DNA from: a bacterium
GTDB taxonomy: Bacteria; Bdellovibrionota_C; UBA2361; RFPC01
NCBI GenBank assembly: GCA_030431715.1
Contig: JAUIIO010000005.1
Coordinates: 17,542-81,541, forward strand
DNA: 64,000 nt
Direction of reading: 5' to 3'
In this document: in pieces, positions 1 to 11,205 of the stretch
Layout: each line of letters starts with the position of its first letter
Position numbering within the stretch: position 1 is the stretch's first letter
Program-made: the position numbers and the translations under genes
Notes under the pieces: generated by a model
What the model was told of the DNA's origin: nothing
Seen by the model: only the letters and a program-made list of their open reading frames with translations
The model's database searches: none

Positions 1-2
1 CC

Positions 3-737
3 TCAGATGTCACTGATCTCCTTAAGCAGCTCAGCGGAAAAGAGATTCAGTTAGATAAAGATACGAAACTTGCCGGCCGTGACTTTACGGCACTCCCACG
101 GCGAACGCTTGAGATGTCACTTACCGATAGTGTGATAAACGTTTTGGCGAATCCTAATATCGCAGCACTTCTCTGGCTGGCAGCAACCACTGGAATATCA
201 CTTGAGCTTTATAACCCGGGAGCTATTCTTCCCGGCGTTGTAGGTGTCATCTGTCTCATCCTAGCTTTAGCAGTGAGCCAAGTGATACCGATTACGCAGG
301 GCGGGATTGCTCTTATAGTGGTAGGTGGGCTGCTCGTAGGTGCTGAACTTTATATCGGAAGTGGTATATTGGGAGCTGGTGGACTTATTGCTATGGTGCT
401 TGGAACGATCTATCTCATTGATGTGCAGGAGGCCCCTTCTATGGCTGTTGATCTTGAGCTGATGATACCGGTAGCGCTGGTTCTTGGGGGCTTTTTTCTT
501 TATGTTGCATTTCAGGCGGCAAAAGCAAGAAAGCAGAAAAATCTTACCGGAAACGAATCGCTCATTGGACGTATCGCTACTGCGGAGACGACCATTGCTG
601 AGTCCGGGAAGGTCTTCATTGAGGGGGAGATCTGGAATGCCACGGCAGAAGATGGTCTCATCTCTAAAGGCGATAGGGTTCAGATAACAGAAGTGAAAGG
701 GGGACTAACCCTTGTTGTTAAGAAGTGTGAAGATTAA
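3..737 (+). CDS. nfeD: NfeD-family membrane-bound protease/partner protein, C-terminal part (5' end outside window)
   Basis: Frame is open from base 3. ELYNPG..LPGVVG membrane motif, C-terminal OB-fold GKVFIEGEIWNA; directly upstream of an SPFH gene. Confidence 0.9.
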   Translation, partial: SDVTDLLKQLSGKEIQLDKDTKLAGRDFTALPRRTLEMSLTDSVINVLANPNIAALLWLAATTGISLELYNPGAILPGVVGVICLILALAVSQVIPITQGGIALIVVGGLLVGAELYIGSGILGAGGLIAMVLGTIYLIDVQEAPSMAVDLELMIPVALVLGGFFLYVAFQAAKARKQKNLTGNESLIGRIATAETTIAESGKVFIEGEIWNATAEDGLISKGDRVQITEVKGGLTLVVKKCED

Positions 738-769
738 TTTAATATAGGGATGACTTTAGAGGAGATGCT

Positions 770-1519
770 ATGAGCCCGATTATTGTTACGATACTTGTTT
801 TAGGTGGGATTTTTCTCTCAAAGGCTATTTACGTTTTACAAGAATACGAACGAGGAGTGGTCTTCTTGCTTGGAAAGTATAAGAAGGTGTCTGGGCCCGG
901 CCTGGTGTTTGTACTCCCCTTTATTGAACGGCTCGTTAAGATTGACCAGCGGGTTATCACCATGGATATTCCAACTCAGGATGTTATCACCAAGGATAAC
1001 ATTACTATTAAGGTAAACGCGGTACTCTATTTTCGGGTGATGGAGCCTGATAAAGCTCTGATTAAGGTCGAAAATCATGAGTACGCAACTGGTCAGCTCT
1101 CTCAAACGACGCTCCGAAGCGTATGTGGTGAGTGTGAGTTAGATGATCTGCTTATTGAACGCGAAAAGATCAATCATCGCATTCAAGAAATTATCGATAA
1201 GCAGACTGATCCTTGGGGTATTAAAGTTACTGCAGTTGAACTCAAAGACATTGATCTCCCACAATCAATGCAGCGCGCAATGGCTAAGCAGGCTGAAGCA
1301 GAGCGGGAGAGAAGGGCAAAGATTATTCAAGCAGAAGGTGAATTTCAGGCTGCAGAGAAACTCACGGCTGCTGCTAATATCATGTCTACGCAGGGTCTGA
1401 CTATCCAGCTCAGGTACTTAGAGACACTCCGTGATATCGCAACTGAACATAACTCCACTATTGTGTTTCCTTTGCCTCTGGAATTTAAGGAGATGTTCAA
1501 TAAGATCACGGGCTCATAG
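770..1519 (+). CDS. SPFH/stomatin-like (slipin) membrane protein
   Basis: [39 protein letters not shown]; classic NfeD partner. Confidence 0.95.
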   Translation: MSPIIVTILVLGGIFLSKAIYVLQEYERGVVFLLGKYKKVSGPGLVFVLPFIERLVKIDQRVITMDIPTQDVITKDNITIKVNAVLYFRVMEPDKALIKVENHEYATGQLSQTTLRSVCGECELDDLLIEREKINHRIQEIIDKQTDPWGIKVTAVELKDIDLPQSMQRAMAKQAEAERERRAKIIQAEGEFQAAEKLTAAANIMSTQGLTIQLRYLETLRDIATEHNSTIVFPLPLEFKEMFNKITGS

Positions 1520-1579
1520 AGAGCTCTGTTTATAGAGACTCCTTTTAAGAGAGATTTCTGGCCAGAGTACGAACTCCAG

Positions 1580-2617
1580 ATGATGAATAATCCTTACTGG
1601 TATGAACTCCCCGCTGAAAAGATAGCGCAACGCCCGTGTGTTCCCTACGACGCCGCAAAGATGTGTGTTGTGCAGCGGGGGAGCGGAGAGCTGACGGATG
1701 GAGTCTTTCGAGAAATTGCTGATTTTCTTGAGCCCGGCGATCTTCTCGTTATGAACAATACCAAGGTTATCCCGGCGAGACTGTATGGAGAGTTAGAGAC
1801 CGGGGCAAGCATTGAAATCCTTCTTGAGCGACAACTGAATCGGTGCAAGTGGCATGTGCTCGGTAAGCCGCTTAAGAAGTTTAAGCCCGGAGTTCGACTC
1901 TTATTCGCTAATAGGCTCATTGGAGTCGTAGGGGAGCGGAAAGACGTTGGTGTTGAGATTGAGTTTTCAACTGAAGATGATAGGAGCGTCCAAGACGCTC
2001 TTCATGCTACCGGAACAATGCCAATACCTCCGTACATACGTAAGGGCAAGAGCGATGAACGAGATCTTACCGATTATCAGACACACTTCGCACGTCACAG
2101 CGGTTCTATTGCTGCTCCAACCGCAAGCCTTCACTTCACTCCAGATCTCCTTCAAGCATTAGAAGGGAAAGGGGTGCGTCGCTGCGAGCTTACGCTCCAT
2201 GTGGGAACTGCAAGTTTTCTTCCGCTCTTTGAAGAGGGTGATCAGCCGCTACGTAAACCGGGTGAGGAACGATATGTCTATTCCTCTCAGGTACTAGAGA
2301 CGATAAGAGAAACAAGAGCGAGTGGGAAAAAAGTTATCGCGGTAGGAACGACCACGGTCCGAGCGCTTGAATCGCTCTTTGGTCTCGAGGGAGAGTACAA
2401 GGACGGGGAAGAGCTTCTCACTGAACTCTTTATTACCCCCGGTTATACCTTTAAAGCCTTCGATGCTCTAGTCACGAATTTCCACCAGCCGGGCACAACA
2501 CATCTGCTTCTGGTAGAGGCCTTTTTGGGCAGGGAGCTTCTGACGGAAGTTTATACTCATGCTCTGGGAAATGAGTACCGTTTCTTGAGCTATGGTGACG
2601 GTATGCTCCTTTTATAG
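1580..2617 (+). CDS. queA: S-adenosylmethionine:tRNA ribosyltransferase-isomerase
   Basis: NNTKVIPARL, PIPPYI, AAPTASLHFT, VGTTTVRALES, NFHQP, YRFLSYGD. Confidence 0.97.
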   Translation: MMNNPYWYELPAEKIAQRPCVPYDAAKMCVVQRGSGELTDGVFREIADFLEPGDLLVMNNTKVIPARLYGELETGASIEILLERQLNRCKWHVLGKPLKKFKPGVRLLFANRLIGVVGERKDVGVEIEFSTEDDRSVQDALHATGTMPIPPYIRKGKSDERDLTDYQTHFARHSGSIAAPTASLHFTPDLLQALEGKGVRRCELTLHVGTASFLPLFEEGDQPLRKPGEERYVYSSQVLETIRETRASGKKVIAVGTTTVRALESLFGLEGEYKDGEELLTELFITPGYTFKAFDALVTNFHQPGTTHLLLVEAFLGRELLTEVYTHALGNEYRFLSYGDGMLLL

Positions 2618-2646
2618 GTTGTGAGCCGGCATTACGCATGAATAAT

Positions 2647-2914
2647 TCCTCATCCTCATCCTCATCCTCATCCTCATCCTCATCCTCATCCTCATCCTCA
2701 TCCTCATCCTCATCTTGCACCTGCTCCACGCTCTTCCTCTCGCACTAATGTGCTGAACCACGAAAAGTGTAATTTCCTAATCCTGCTCCTTGTCTTTGTT
2801 TTGCCCCAAATTGTTTGTTATAGGGCAGGAATAGGACTAGGAAAAGGACAAGGATTCTTTCGATCTTGTGAGAAAGAGTGTGGATTAGGTGCAGGGTGAA
2901 GAAAAAGAGGAGGA
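2647..2914. repeat. Nested 6-nt-periodic palindromic elements including (TCCTCA)11 microsatellite
   Basis: 11 exact TCCTCA units at 2647-2712, then TCTTGC ACCTGC; inner arms 2775-2807 / 2823-2854; outer purine arm 2882-2914. Confidence 0.9.
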
Positions 2915-2972
2915 GAAACGCTTTTAAAGAAGTTGCATACTCCGCCAGACTTGCCTCAAGGATGGGATATAG

Positions 2973-4635
<1,663 letters not shown>

Positions 4636-4655
4636 TAATAACAATTGGAGGACTT

Positions 4656-5231
4656 ATGTTACGCAAAGCGTTACTCATATTATCGTTAGCCCTTGTTCCT
4701 GCGGTCAGCATGGCACTTGAGACGGGTGATGAGGCCCCGGACTTTACGTTAGAAAATTACGATGGGAAAAAGATTTCTCTCTCTGATTACCGCGGAGAAT
4801 ATGTCGTACTTGAATGGACAAACCCAAAGTGTCCATTTGTAAAACGACACGCAAAATCAAGCACCATGAAGGCACTTTATGAAAAGTATCATAAAAAAGA
4901 CGTAGCGTGGCTTGCGATTGATACAACTCACTTCCTTGGAAAAGAAGACAACAAGAAGTTTGCTGAGAAGTATGGTCTAGAGTATCCAATCCTTGACGAC
5001 AGCTCAGGGACCGTTGGGAAGCTCTATGAGGCCAAGACAACTCCTCATATGTTCATCATCAACCCCGAGGGTAAAATCGTTTATCAGGGCGCAATCGACG
5101 ACGATCCCTTCGCAGAAAAAGATAAGAGACTGAACTATGTCTCAGCGGCTCTGGAATCTCTCCTATCAGGAAAGAGCCCCGAAGCCCAACTAACAAAATC
5201 CTACGGCTGCAGCGTAAAATACGCCAGCTAG
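4656..5231 (+). CDS. Exported thioredoxin-fold redoxin (AhpC/TSA-like)
   Basis: Signal peptide, APDFTL, EWTNPKCPFV, AKTTPHMF, YQGAIDD, YGCSVKY. Confidence 0.9.
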   Translation: MLRKALLILSLALVPAVSMALETGDEAPDFTLENYDGKKISLSDYRGEYVVLEWTNPKCPFVKRHAKSSTMKALYEKYHKKDVAWLAIDTTHFLGKEDNKKFAEKYGLEYPILDDSSGTVGKLYEAKTTPHMFIINPEGKIVYQGAIDDDPFAEKDKRLNYVSAALESLLSGKSPEAQLTKSYGCSVKYAS

Positions 5232-5242
5232 CCAAGTTACAA

Positions 5243-5270
5243 AAGAAAGGGCCGCATACGGCCCTTTCTT
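5243..5270. terminator. Intrinsic terminator-like hairpin, possibly bidirectional
   Basis: AAGAAAGGGCCG-CATA-CGGCCCTTTCTT, perfect 12-bp stem just after the redoxin stop. Confidence 0.75.
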
Positions 5271-5294
5271 CTACCCCCTCCCCACACACACATC

Positions 5295-5423
5295 TACCTT
5301 GAGAATCACCCCCGGCGAGGAGCCCTGAGCATACCCGGATTTTTGATCGTCTCCTATCGCATCATAAAATCCGGGTATGCTCAGGACTCCTCGCCCCCCT
5401 TGATATTCTGGATTCTCAAGGTA
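5295..5423. repeat. Long double inverted repeat (MITE-like or cruciform)
   Basis: Outer 13-bp perfect IR 5295-5307 / 5411-5423; inner 30-bp IR 5314-5343 / 5366-5395 with one mismatch. Confidence 0.85.
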
Positions 5424-5461
5424 TTATTACCCCTCTAATTACCTTCAGGAGTTATTTTCAC

Positions 5462-5818
5462 GTGAAGAAAATCCCCGCACTCTTTTTTATTCTCTTTTTC
5501 CCTGCATTAGCCCTTGCTCAGGAAGCCGCAGCGCGCCCGCCACTTACCGAGGTGCTCTTCCGGATGATGCCGCTCTTTTTGATGGTTTTCATCGTCTTTC
5601 ACTTCTTGGTGATTCGTCCGCAGGAGAAGAAGTCGAAGGCCCAGAGAGAACTTATTGAATCTCTTACAAAAAATGAACAGGTAGTAACGACAAGTGGGAT
5701 CGTTGGAAGGGTTGCTGGAATCGAGAAAGATTATATACTGCTAGAGATTTCCAATAACGTTAAGGTGAAATTCGAGCCGGGACATGTCGTGAAGCGGTTC
5801 GAGAAAGAGAAGTCATAA
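5462..5818 (+). CDS. yajC: Preprotein translocase subunit YajC
   Basis: FLVIRPQEKK, VVTTSGIVG; precedes secDF. Confidence 0.93.
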   Translation: MKKIPALFFILFFPALALAQEAAARPPLTEVLFRMMPLFLMVFIVFHFLVIRPQEKKSKAQRELIESLTKNEQVVTTSGIVGRVAGIEKDYILLEISNNVKVKFEPGHVVKRFEKEKS

Positions 5819-5828
5819 GCGGGTTTTT

Positions 5829-7364
5829 ATGGGCTCAAGTATCAAACAACGAATCATTATTTTCTTTGTCGTAATTGTTTTTGCGATCTTATTCCTCTTA
5901 CCAACGGCTTTTAAGTCGACCTTTGATGGTGTTCAGTGGATCTCCAAGCCAATCTCATTTGGTCTTGATCTAAGCGGTGGTGTCTATCTCGTGTACGAAG
6001 TGGTAGCTGAGGAGGCTGTGAAGAGTAGGTTACAAGCCACTGCGAATAGCATGCGTAGAGACCTTCGGAATGAGAAGGTTGCGGTAACCCGCGCTACCGT
6101 TGAGGGCGATCGAGAAGTTCAATTAGTACTCTTTAGTCAACGTTTAGTCGAGAAGGCGAAAGAGGTTGTAAGTGAAAATTATGGTCATCTTGAATTCTTA
6201 GGCGCTGAGCCTGCAGGAACGCGAGTTAAGCTCCGTTACGGAATTAGCCTTAAGGAAGCTGATAACATCAAGCGTTCAGCTATTGATCAGGCTATTGAAA
6301 CGCTTAGAAACAGGGTTGACCAATTTGGAGTAGCCGAGCCGCTCATTCAAAAGATAGGTACCCGTCGTATCATTCTTCAGATGCCCGGTGTTTCTGACGT
6401 TGAATCAGTGAAGAAGATTGTAGGATCGGTTGCGAGCCTTGAGTTCCGATTTCGGCCGAATACTGAATCAGCAGCCTATCAGGTAATGATTAAGGATCGA
6501 TCTGGCACGAGCGTACCGGTAGAGGATGAAGTGCAGATGACGGGTGATGCCGTGGATGACGCACGAGTTTCTCTCATTAACGGTCAGGTTGAAGTTTCAC
6601 TTAATCTCACCTCTGAGGGGTCTCGTACCTTTAGACGCATCACTACTGATGGTGTTGGTCGTGAACTCTCTATTATTCTTGATGGTGTTGAGTACTCTGC
6701 GCCGAGGATTAATGAGCCGATCGCTGGAGGTCGTGCGAGTATCTCAGGTGGCTTCACTGTTGAGGAGGCTAAGAATTTAGCCGTTGTACTTCGTGCCGGA
6801 GCACTTCCTGCCCCACTTAAAGTTTTAGAAGAGCGTACCGTTGGACCGACACTTGGTGCCGAGTCTATTCGCAAAGGGGTGACGGCTATTATTGCAGGTT
6901 TCCTCCTTATCGTTGTCTTTATGGCGCTCTACTATAAGAAGGCAGGTTTGATTGCTGTTGGGACGCTCGTGCTAAACATTTTGTTGGTGTTAGCGGCTCT
7001 CTCGGCCTTTGGTGCAACACTTACGCTTCCGGGGCTTGCTGGTCTTGCGCTTACGGTCGGTATGGCGGTTGATGCGAATGTCATTATATTCGAGCGAATT
7101 CGCGAAGAAGTCCGTATCGGGGTAGGTCGTGATGCTGCTGTAAGCTCAGGGTTTGATAAAGCGCTCTCTGCGATCATTGATTCGAACATCACGACACTCC
7201 TAGCCGGGCTTGTCCTTTATTATTTTGGAACTGGTCCTGTCCGCGGTTTCGCAGTGACGCTGTCAGTTGGAATTTTGACTACTATCTATTGTGCAACATT
7301 TGTCGCCAGACTCGCTTTTGACGTATTTCGTGTCGAAGGACGTGAGGGGACTGTTTCGGTTTAG
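5829..7364 (+). CDS. secD: Protein translocase subunit SecD
   Basis: GLDLSGG, RVDQFGVAEP, LRAGALPAP, VGPTLG, GMAVDANVIIFERIREE. Confidence 0.97.
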   Translation: MGSSIKQRIIIFFVVIVFAILFLLPTAFKSTFDGVQWISKPISFGLDLSGGVYLVYEVVAEEAVKSRLQATANSMRRDLRNEKVAVTRATVEGDREVQLVLFSQRLVEKAKEVVSENYGHLEFLGAEPAGTRVKLRYGISLKEADNIKRSAIDQAIETLRNRVDQFGVAEPLIQKIGTRRIILQMPGVSDVESVKKIVGSVASLEFRFRPNTESAAYQVMIKDRSGTSVPVEDEVQMTGDAVDDARVSLINGQVEVSLNLTSEGSRTFRRITTDGVGRELSIILDGVEYSAPRINEPIAGGRASISGGFTVEEAKNLAVVLRAGALPAPLKVLEERTVGPTLGAESIRKGVTAIIAGFLLIVVFMALYYKKAGLIAVGTLVLNILLVLAALSAFGATLTLPGLAGLALTVGMAVDANVIIFERIREEVRIGVGRDAAVSSGFDKALSAIIDSNITTLLAGLVLYYFGTGPVRGFAVTLSVGILTTIYCATFVARLAFDVFRVEGREGTVSV

Positions 7365-7373
7365 CAGGTTTGT

Positions 7374-8273
7374 ATGGAAATAATTTCAAGCTCTACGAAG
7401 ATTAATTTTCTGGGAATGAGGTATTTTGCCTTCCTTCTCTCTACGCTCCTTATCGCAGGTTCGGTATATCTCTGGGTGACCACAGGGGAATCAAAATTTG
7501 GGATCGATTATCTCGGAGGTCATGAACTTGTTGTTCGCGTCGATGAGGGAGTAACAAGCGCTGATATCAGAAAGCAGCTTTCAAAAGAGGGGATAGATCC
7601 AGTAGTTCAGGCTTTTGAGGAAGCTGAAGGTGAGTACTCTATACGCTTGAGTTCAGATAAGAAAACAAAGGAAGTTAGAGATCTGATTACGAACTCTCTA
7701 AAAGGTATCTCAAAAGATACGGTAGAAGTTATCAAGGCAGACTTTGTTGGCCCTACGATAGGAGAAGAGCTAAAGCGAAATGCTCTTATCGCTATTTTGG
7801 TTGGTCTTGTTGGAATGCTTATCTATATCAGCTTTCGATTTGAAGTTGCATTTGCTGTTGGAGCCGTTGCTGCGCTCTTTCACGATGTTATTGTTTCAAT
7901 GGGAGTTTACCTCTTTTTTGATTACACCATAAGTGTCGCCACCCTTGCTGCTGCGCTTACGATAGTCGGGTACTCGGTAAACGATACGATTATCGTTTTT
8001 GACAGGGTGCGTGAGGAGATCTATCGCCAACAAAAAGCAACACTTGAAGACATCATTAATTACAGCATTAACGCTACACTCTCTCGAACCATCATTACGA
8101 GTTTACTTACATTCTTCTCTGCAATAGCACTTCTCCTCTACGGTGGTGGTGCAATTGCTGACTTGAGTCTGTTCCTTTGTGTAGGTGTTGTTACCGGTAC
8201 CTATTCTACAATATTCATCGCTTCTCCAGTCGCCCTAGCATGGGAAAACTTCAGAAGACCTGTGAAATCTTAA
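7374..8273 (+). CDS. secF: Protein translocase subunit SecF
   Basis: GIDYLGG, VGPTIGEEL, HDV, GYSVNDTIIVFDRVRE, TLSRTIITS. Confidence 0.97.
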   Translation: MEIISSSTKINFLGMRYFAFLLSTLLIAGSVYLWVTTGESKFGIDYLGGHELVVRVDEGVTSADIRKQLSKEGIDPVVQAFEEAEGEYSIRLSSDKKTKEVRDLITNSLKGISKDTVEVIKADFVGPTIGEELKRNALIAILVGLVGMLIYISFRFEVAFAVGAVAALFHDVIVSMGVYLFFDYTISVATLAAALTIVGYSVNDTIIVFDRVREEIYRQQKATLEDIINYSINATLSRTIITSLLTFFSAIALLLYGGGAIADLSLFLCVGVVTGTYSTIFIASPVALAWENFRRPVKS

Positions 8274-8309
8274 TACGCTCCCTGAATGAAGCACCTAGCA
8301 CAACTTCGA

Positions 8310-8341
8310 CCTTGTCCTGCTCCTAGTCCTATTCCTGACCC
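8310..8341 (+). repeat. 6-nt-periodic element, single pyrimidine arm
   Basis: CCTTGTCCTGCTCCTAGTCCTATTCCTGACCC, nearly identical to the arms at 62769 and 63374. Confidence 0.85.
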
Positions 8342-8475
8342 ATTATAAGACAGTGGTTACTCTCTACTCACTCATTTTGACCTTGCCAAACTCCTAAAAC
8401 AACCCGAGTTTTTCCCTATTTCTAGCTGAAGCGATCGAGCTCTTATCCCGGATAAGTGGGGGTAAGAGGTATCTA

Positions 8476-9159
8476 ATGCTGTTTTCTACTATAAGATTGC
8501 TCCTATTCTTAACTACTGTGGTGTCTATTAGTGCATGTAGTATAGGGACGCCTTCCGGGCAGAATCTTGTCCTTACCGATCAGCCAGAGCGTGAGATTAA
8601 AGTGCTCGTAGCTTATGGTAGTGGCGTGTCCAAGGAAGCCGGACATATGGTAGTAGGGCGTGTCGCGGCACGCTTAAAGGAGCAGGCAAACGTTACCCTG
8701 ATTACACATGAGGTGGAGAACCATCTCGATTCGACCCCAACTCGCAGCCTCTCTACCTTTTTGAGGGGATGGAAGAAGGCGCTCGGTCAGAAAGGAGAAG
8801 AGTATGATATCATTCATCTCTTCTTACCAATGAAAAGTGTCGTTCCTGCTTCAAGTGAAAATGCTCTTGGTTATGCGGAAGGGATTGGCGTTGCAGGAAG
8901 GATTCCTGATGCTTTTTCTTATACACGACTGACGGGTGACCTTGATACCGATACTTGGTCAATGTTACACGAATTTGGTCATCTCCTTGGAGCCGAGCAT
9001 GCTTCAACTGGAATCATGAGAGATGACAGGCTCCCTGAGGAGCTTTACTTCTCTGCAGATTCGCTTGTTTCCATGTTTGGAGATAAGAATAGAATGGCAA
9101 GATTTGTTTCTTACCGTAAACGCCCTCAACTCGCATTTACTTCTTTTAAAAGTTTCTAG
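8476..9159 (+). CDS. Metzincin zinc metalloprotease lipoprotein (M12-like)
   Basis: Lipobox-like ISAC, HEFGHLLGAEH (HExxHxxGxxH), Met-turn GIM. Confidence 0.8.
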   Translation: MLFSTIRLLLFLTTVVSISACSIGTPSGQNLVLTDQPEREIKVLVAYGSGVSKEAGHMVVGRVAARLKEQANVTLITHEVENHLDSTPTRSLSTFLRGWKKALGQKGEEYDIIHLFLPMKSVVPASSENALGYAEGIGVAGRIPDAFSYTRLTGDLDTDTWSMLHEFGHLLGAEHASTGIMRDDRLPEELYFSADSLVSMFGDKNRMARFVSYRKRPQLAFTSFKSF

Positions 9160-9193
9160 GAGAAAGACTGCAGCGCTTTGCGTGAGCAAAAAT

Positions 9194-9260
9194 ACCTGCT
9201 CCTAGACCTTAAGCTGCTCCAAAGTTTGGTCAAGGTATAGGTTTAGGTTCAGGTCAAGGT
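9194..9260. repeat. 6-nt-periodic palindromic element, ACCT variant, between convergent genes
   Basis: ACCTGC TCCTAG ACCTTA AGCTGC TCC / GGTCAA GGTATA GGTTTA GGTTCA GGTCAA GGT. Confidence 0.75.
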
Positions 9261-9297
9261 GTTTGGTGGTGGTTGAATTCAGCCTCACGGGGATGAC

Positions 9298-10347
9298 TTA
9301 ATTGAACTGTGATAAGCTCTGAGGGAAGTCTTTGCGGATATCTCCGGAATAATAATCTTTCAGTGCGGCTACTTTGTCTTTAAATCCTACAGCGTTTTCT
9401 GCTGCTGGTGCTTTGATCATGAGCTTGTAGAAGAGGTCACCTCTGTTTCCTTCTCTATCAGGAATCCCTTTTCCCTTTACGCGAATACTAGTGCCGCTCT
9501 GTGAGCCAGAGGGGATTTTTATTAAGACCGGATCTTCGAGGGTGGGTACTTGAATCTGCGATCCATCAACAGCCTCAGAGAGTGTAATTGGTACTTCAAT
9601 AATTAATCCCTTTCGTTCAATAGCAAGGTAGGGGTGTGAAGCGAGCTGAACAATCAGTACAAGTTCTTCCCCAGGAAGTGATTTACTACGCATACGAACG
9701 ACACTTCCAGTGCGCACCCCCGGAGGAATGGTAACCGAGACTTTTCTCTCCTCATGTTCATCAGCAATTTCGATTGTTTTTTTAACTCCTTTAATCGCAT
9801 CTGGTACGGTCAGTGAAACCTCAATGATTGAGATGCTATTTGGCCCGGATTTTCTGACGTTGGTAGCACCTTGCTTGTGCTTACTTAGAAAGGGGATAGA
9901 TAGTTTAGGTATCTCAAGAGTAAGCCCTTTTGCCAGTGACTCTCCGGCTTGCTTCAGAAGGCTCTTGCCGACGGTGGGCGCTGCTTTCCTAGAGGTGTCT
10001 CTTGGGGGAGATTGTTTCGCGGTAGAAGCTGTGCTTTGTGCTGAGCTCTGCCGTGCGAACTCACGACTTTTCGCCTCAAACTGGGCACGAGCCTGTTCAG
10101 CATAAGCTTTGAGTCGCTTTGCTGCCAGCTTGTTGTAAGCTCGCTCGTAGTCAATATCGTACTGCTTTTTTTGCTGCTCATCACTCAGTACCTTGTAGGC
10201 TTCAGCGATGGCCTTAAATTTGTCACTGGACTCTTTACCAGGATTTACATCTGGATGATATCGGCGTGCGAGAATGCGGTACGCCCTGCGGATCTCATCT
10301 TTGGTAGCTGAGGAATTAAGTCCGAGGGTGTCATAGTAGTCCTGCAT
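9298..10347 (-). CDS. Class B J-domain protein (DnaJ/CbpA-like, no zinc finger)
   Basis: J-domain with YHPD; DnaJ C-terminal motifs IPPGV, VPTLE, GKGIP..RGDL. Confidence 0.9.
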   Translation of the reverse strand: MQDYYDTLGLNSSATKDEIRRAYRILARRYHPDVNPGKESSDKFKAIAEAYKVLSDEQQKKQYDIDYERAYNKLAAKRLKAYAEQARAQFEAKSREFARQSSAQSTASTAKQSPPRDTSRKAAPTVGKSLLKQAGESLAKGLTLEIPKLSIPFLSKHKQGATNVRKSGPNSISIIEVSLTVPDAIKGVKKTIEIADEHEERKVSVTIPPGVRTGSVVRMRSKSLPGEELVLIVQLASHPYLAIERKGLIIEVPITLSEAVDGSQIQVPTLEDPVLIKIPSGSQSGTSIRVKGKGIPDREGNRGDLFYKLMIKAPAAENAVGFKDKVAALKDYYSGDIRKDFPQSLSQFN

Positions 10348-10490
10348 AGTTACACCTATAATTACCTGCCTGATAGTGCTTCATCAAGATGATTTCGCGT
10401 CCTTAACCGGCATTTAGACAGTAAGTAATGGATTGCGAGAGTAGGCGATGCTACGTAGTATAGCCAGATAGGCACACATCATCAGGCGGG

Positions 10491-11174
10491 GTGGATTCGG
10501 TGGTAAGATCAAATACGTTTCATGTCAAAAGAGTCACTGAACATGATAAATTTCGTAAGAGATTTGCACTTGAGGTTGTGCATCAAGCACAGATAGTAGA
10601 TGAGGGGGTTGAGCATGCACTTTTTCAAGCTCTATCAGCAGTCCCTCGTGAGCAATTTATCCCGGAAAGATATCTTACTCGCGCGACAGAGAATGTATCG
10701 CTGCCAGTAGGCTTTAATCAATTTTGTGAGCAGCCCTCAGCATTTATACGTATGGCCAGTATCATTGGTGTAACTCCCGGAATGCGTGTGTTAGAGGTTG
10801 GCACCGGCTCTGGTTACAGTGCCGCGCTTCTATCGAAGATGGGTATCAGAGTCTGTTCTATTGAAAAAGAGGGGCTACTGGCCCAGCAGGCCCGTAAGCG
10901 CCTTGATAGACTTGGGTTTTCAAATGTGTTGATCCGAACTGGGAATGGGCTCAAAGGGTGGAAGGACTATGCTCCCTTTGATGGTATTTTTCTGACCGTA
11001 GCGATTGATGAGCACCCCTATGAACTGGTAAAACAGTTGAGCCCTGAAGGAGGCCTTATGGTCTATCCACTTGAAACTGTTGAAGGGCAACGACTCACCC
11101 TGGTGCAAAAAGAGGGCGATGACGTGAAGATCTTCACCCTTGAAGAGACTGCCTACGCACCGGCAGTACTCTAA
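10491..11174 (+). CDS. pcm: Protein-L-isoaspartate O-methyltransferase homolog (atypical active site)
   Basis: VPREQF, VLEVGTGSGY, GLKGWKDYAPFD; pcm-dedA-nlpD order. Start codon uncertain. Confidence 0.82.
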   Translation: MDSVVRSNTFHVKRVTEHDKFRKRFALEVVHQAQIVDEGVEHALFQALSAVPREQFIPERYLTRATENVSLPVGFNQFCEQPSAFIRMASIIGVTPGMRVLEVGTGSGYSAALLSKMGIRVCSIEKEGLLAQQARKRLDRLGFSNVLIRTGNGLKGWKDYAPFDGIFLTVAIDEHPYELVKQLSPEGGLMVYPLETVEGQRLTLVQKEGDDVKIFTLEETAYAPAVL

Positions 11175-11205
11175 GTTGGCGTACTCTACGTAAAGGAACT
11201 CTAAA

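Noticed and set aside
2472..2729. Minus-strand ORF with an (ED)n tract
   Set aside because: It is the translation of the TCCTCA microsatellite and runs antisense into queA.
5455..5470. parS-like TTTCACGTGAA at the yajC start (weaker look-alikes near 10515, 34911 and 54330)
   Set aside because: Four or more mismatches to TGTTTCACGTGAAACA, and no parAB or origin features in the window.
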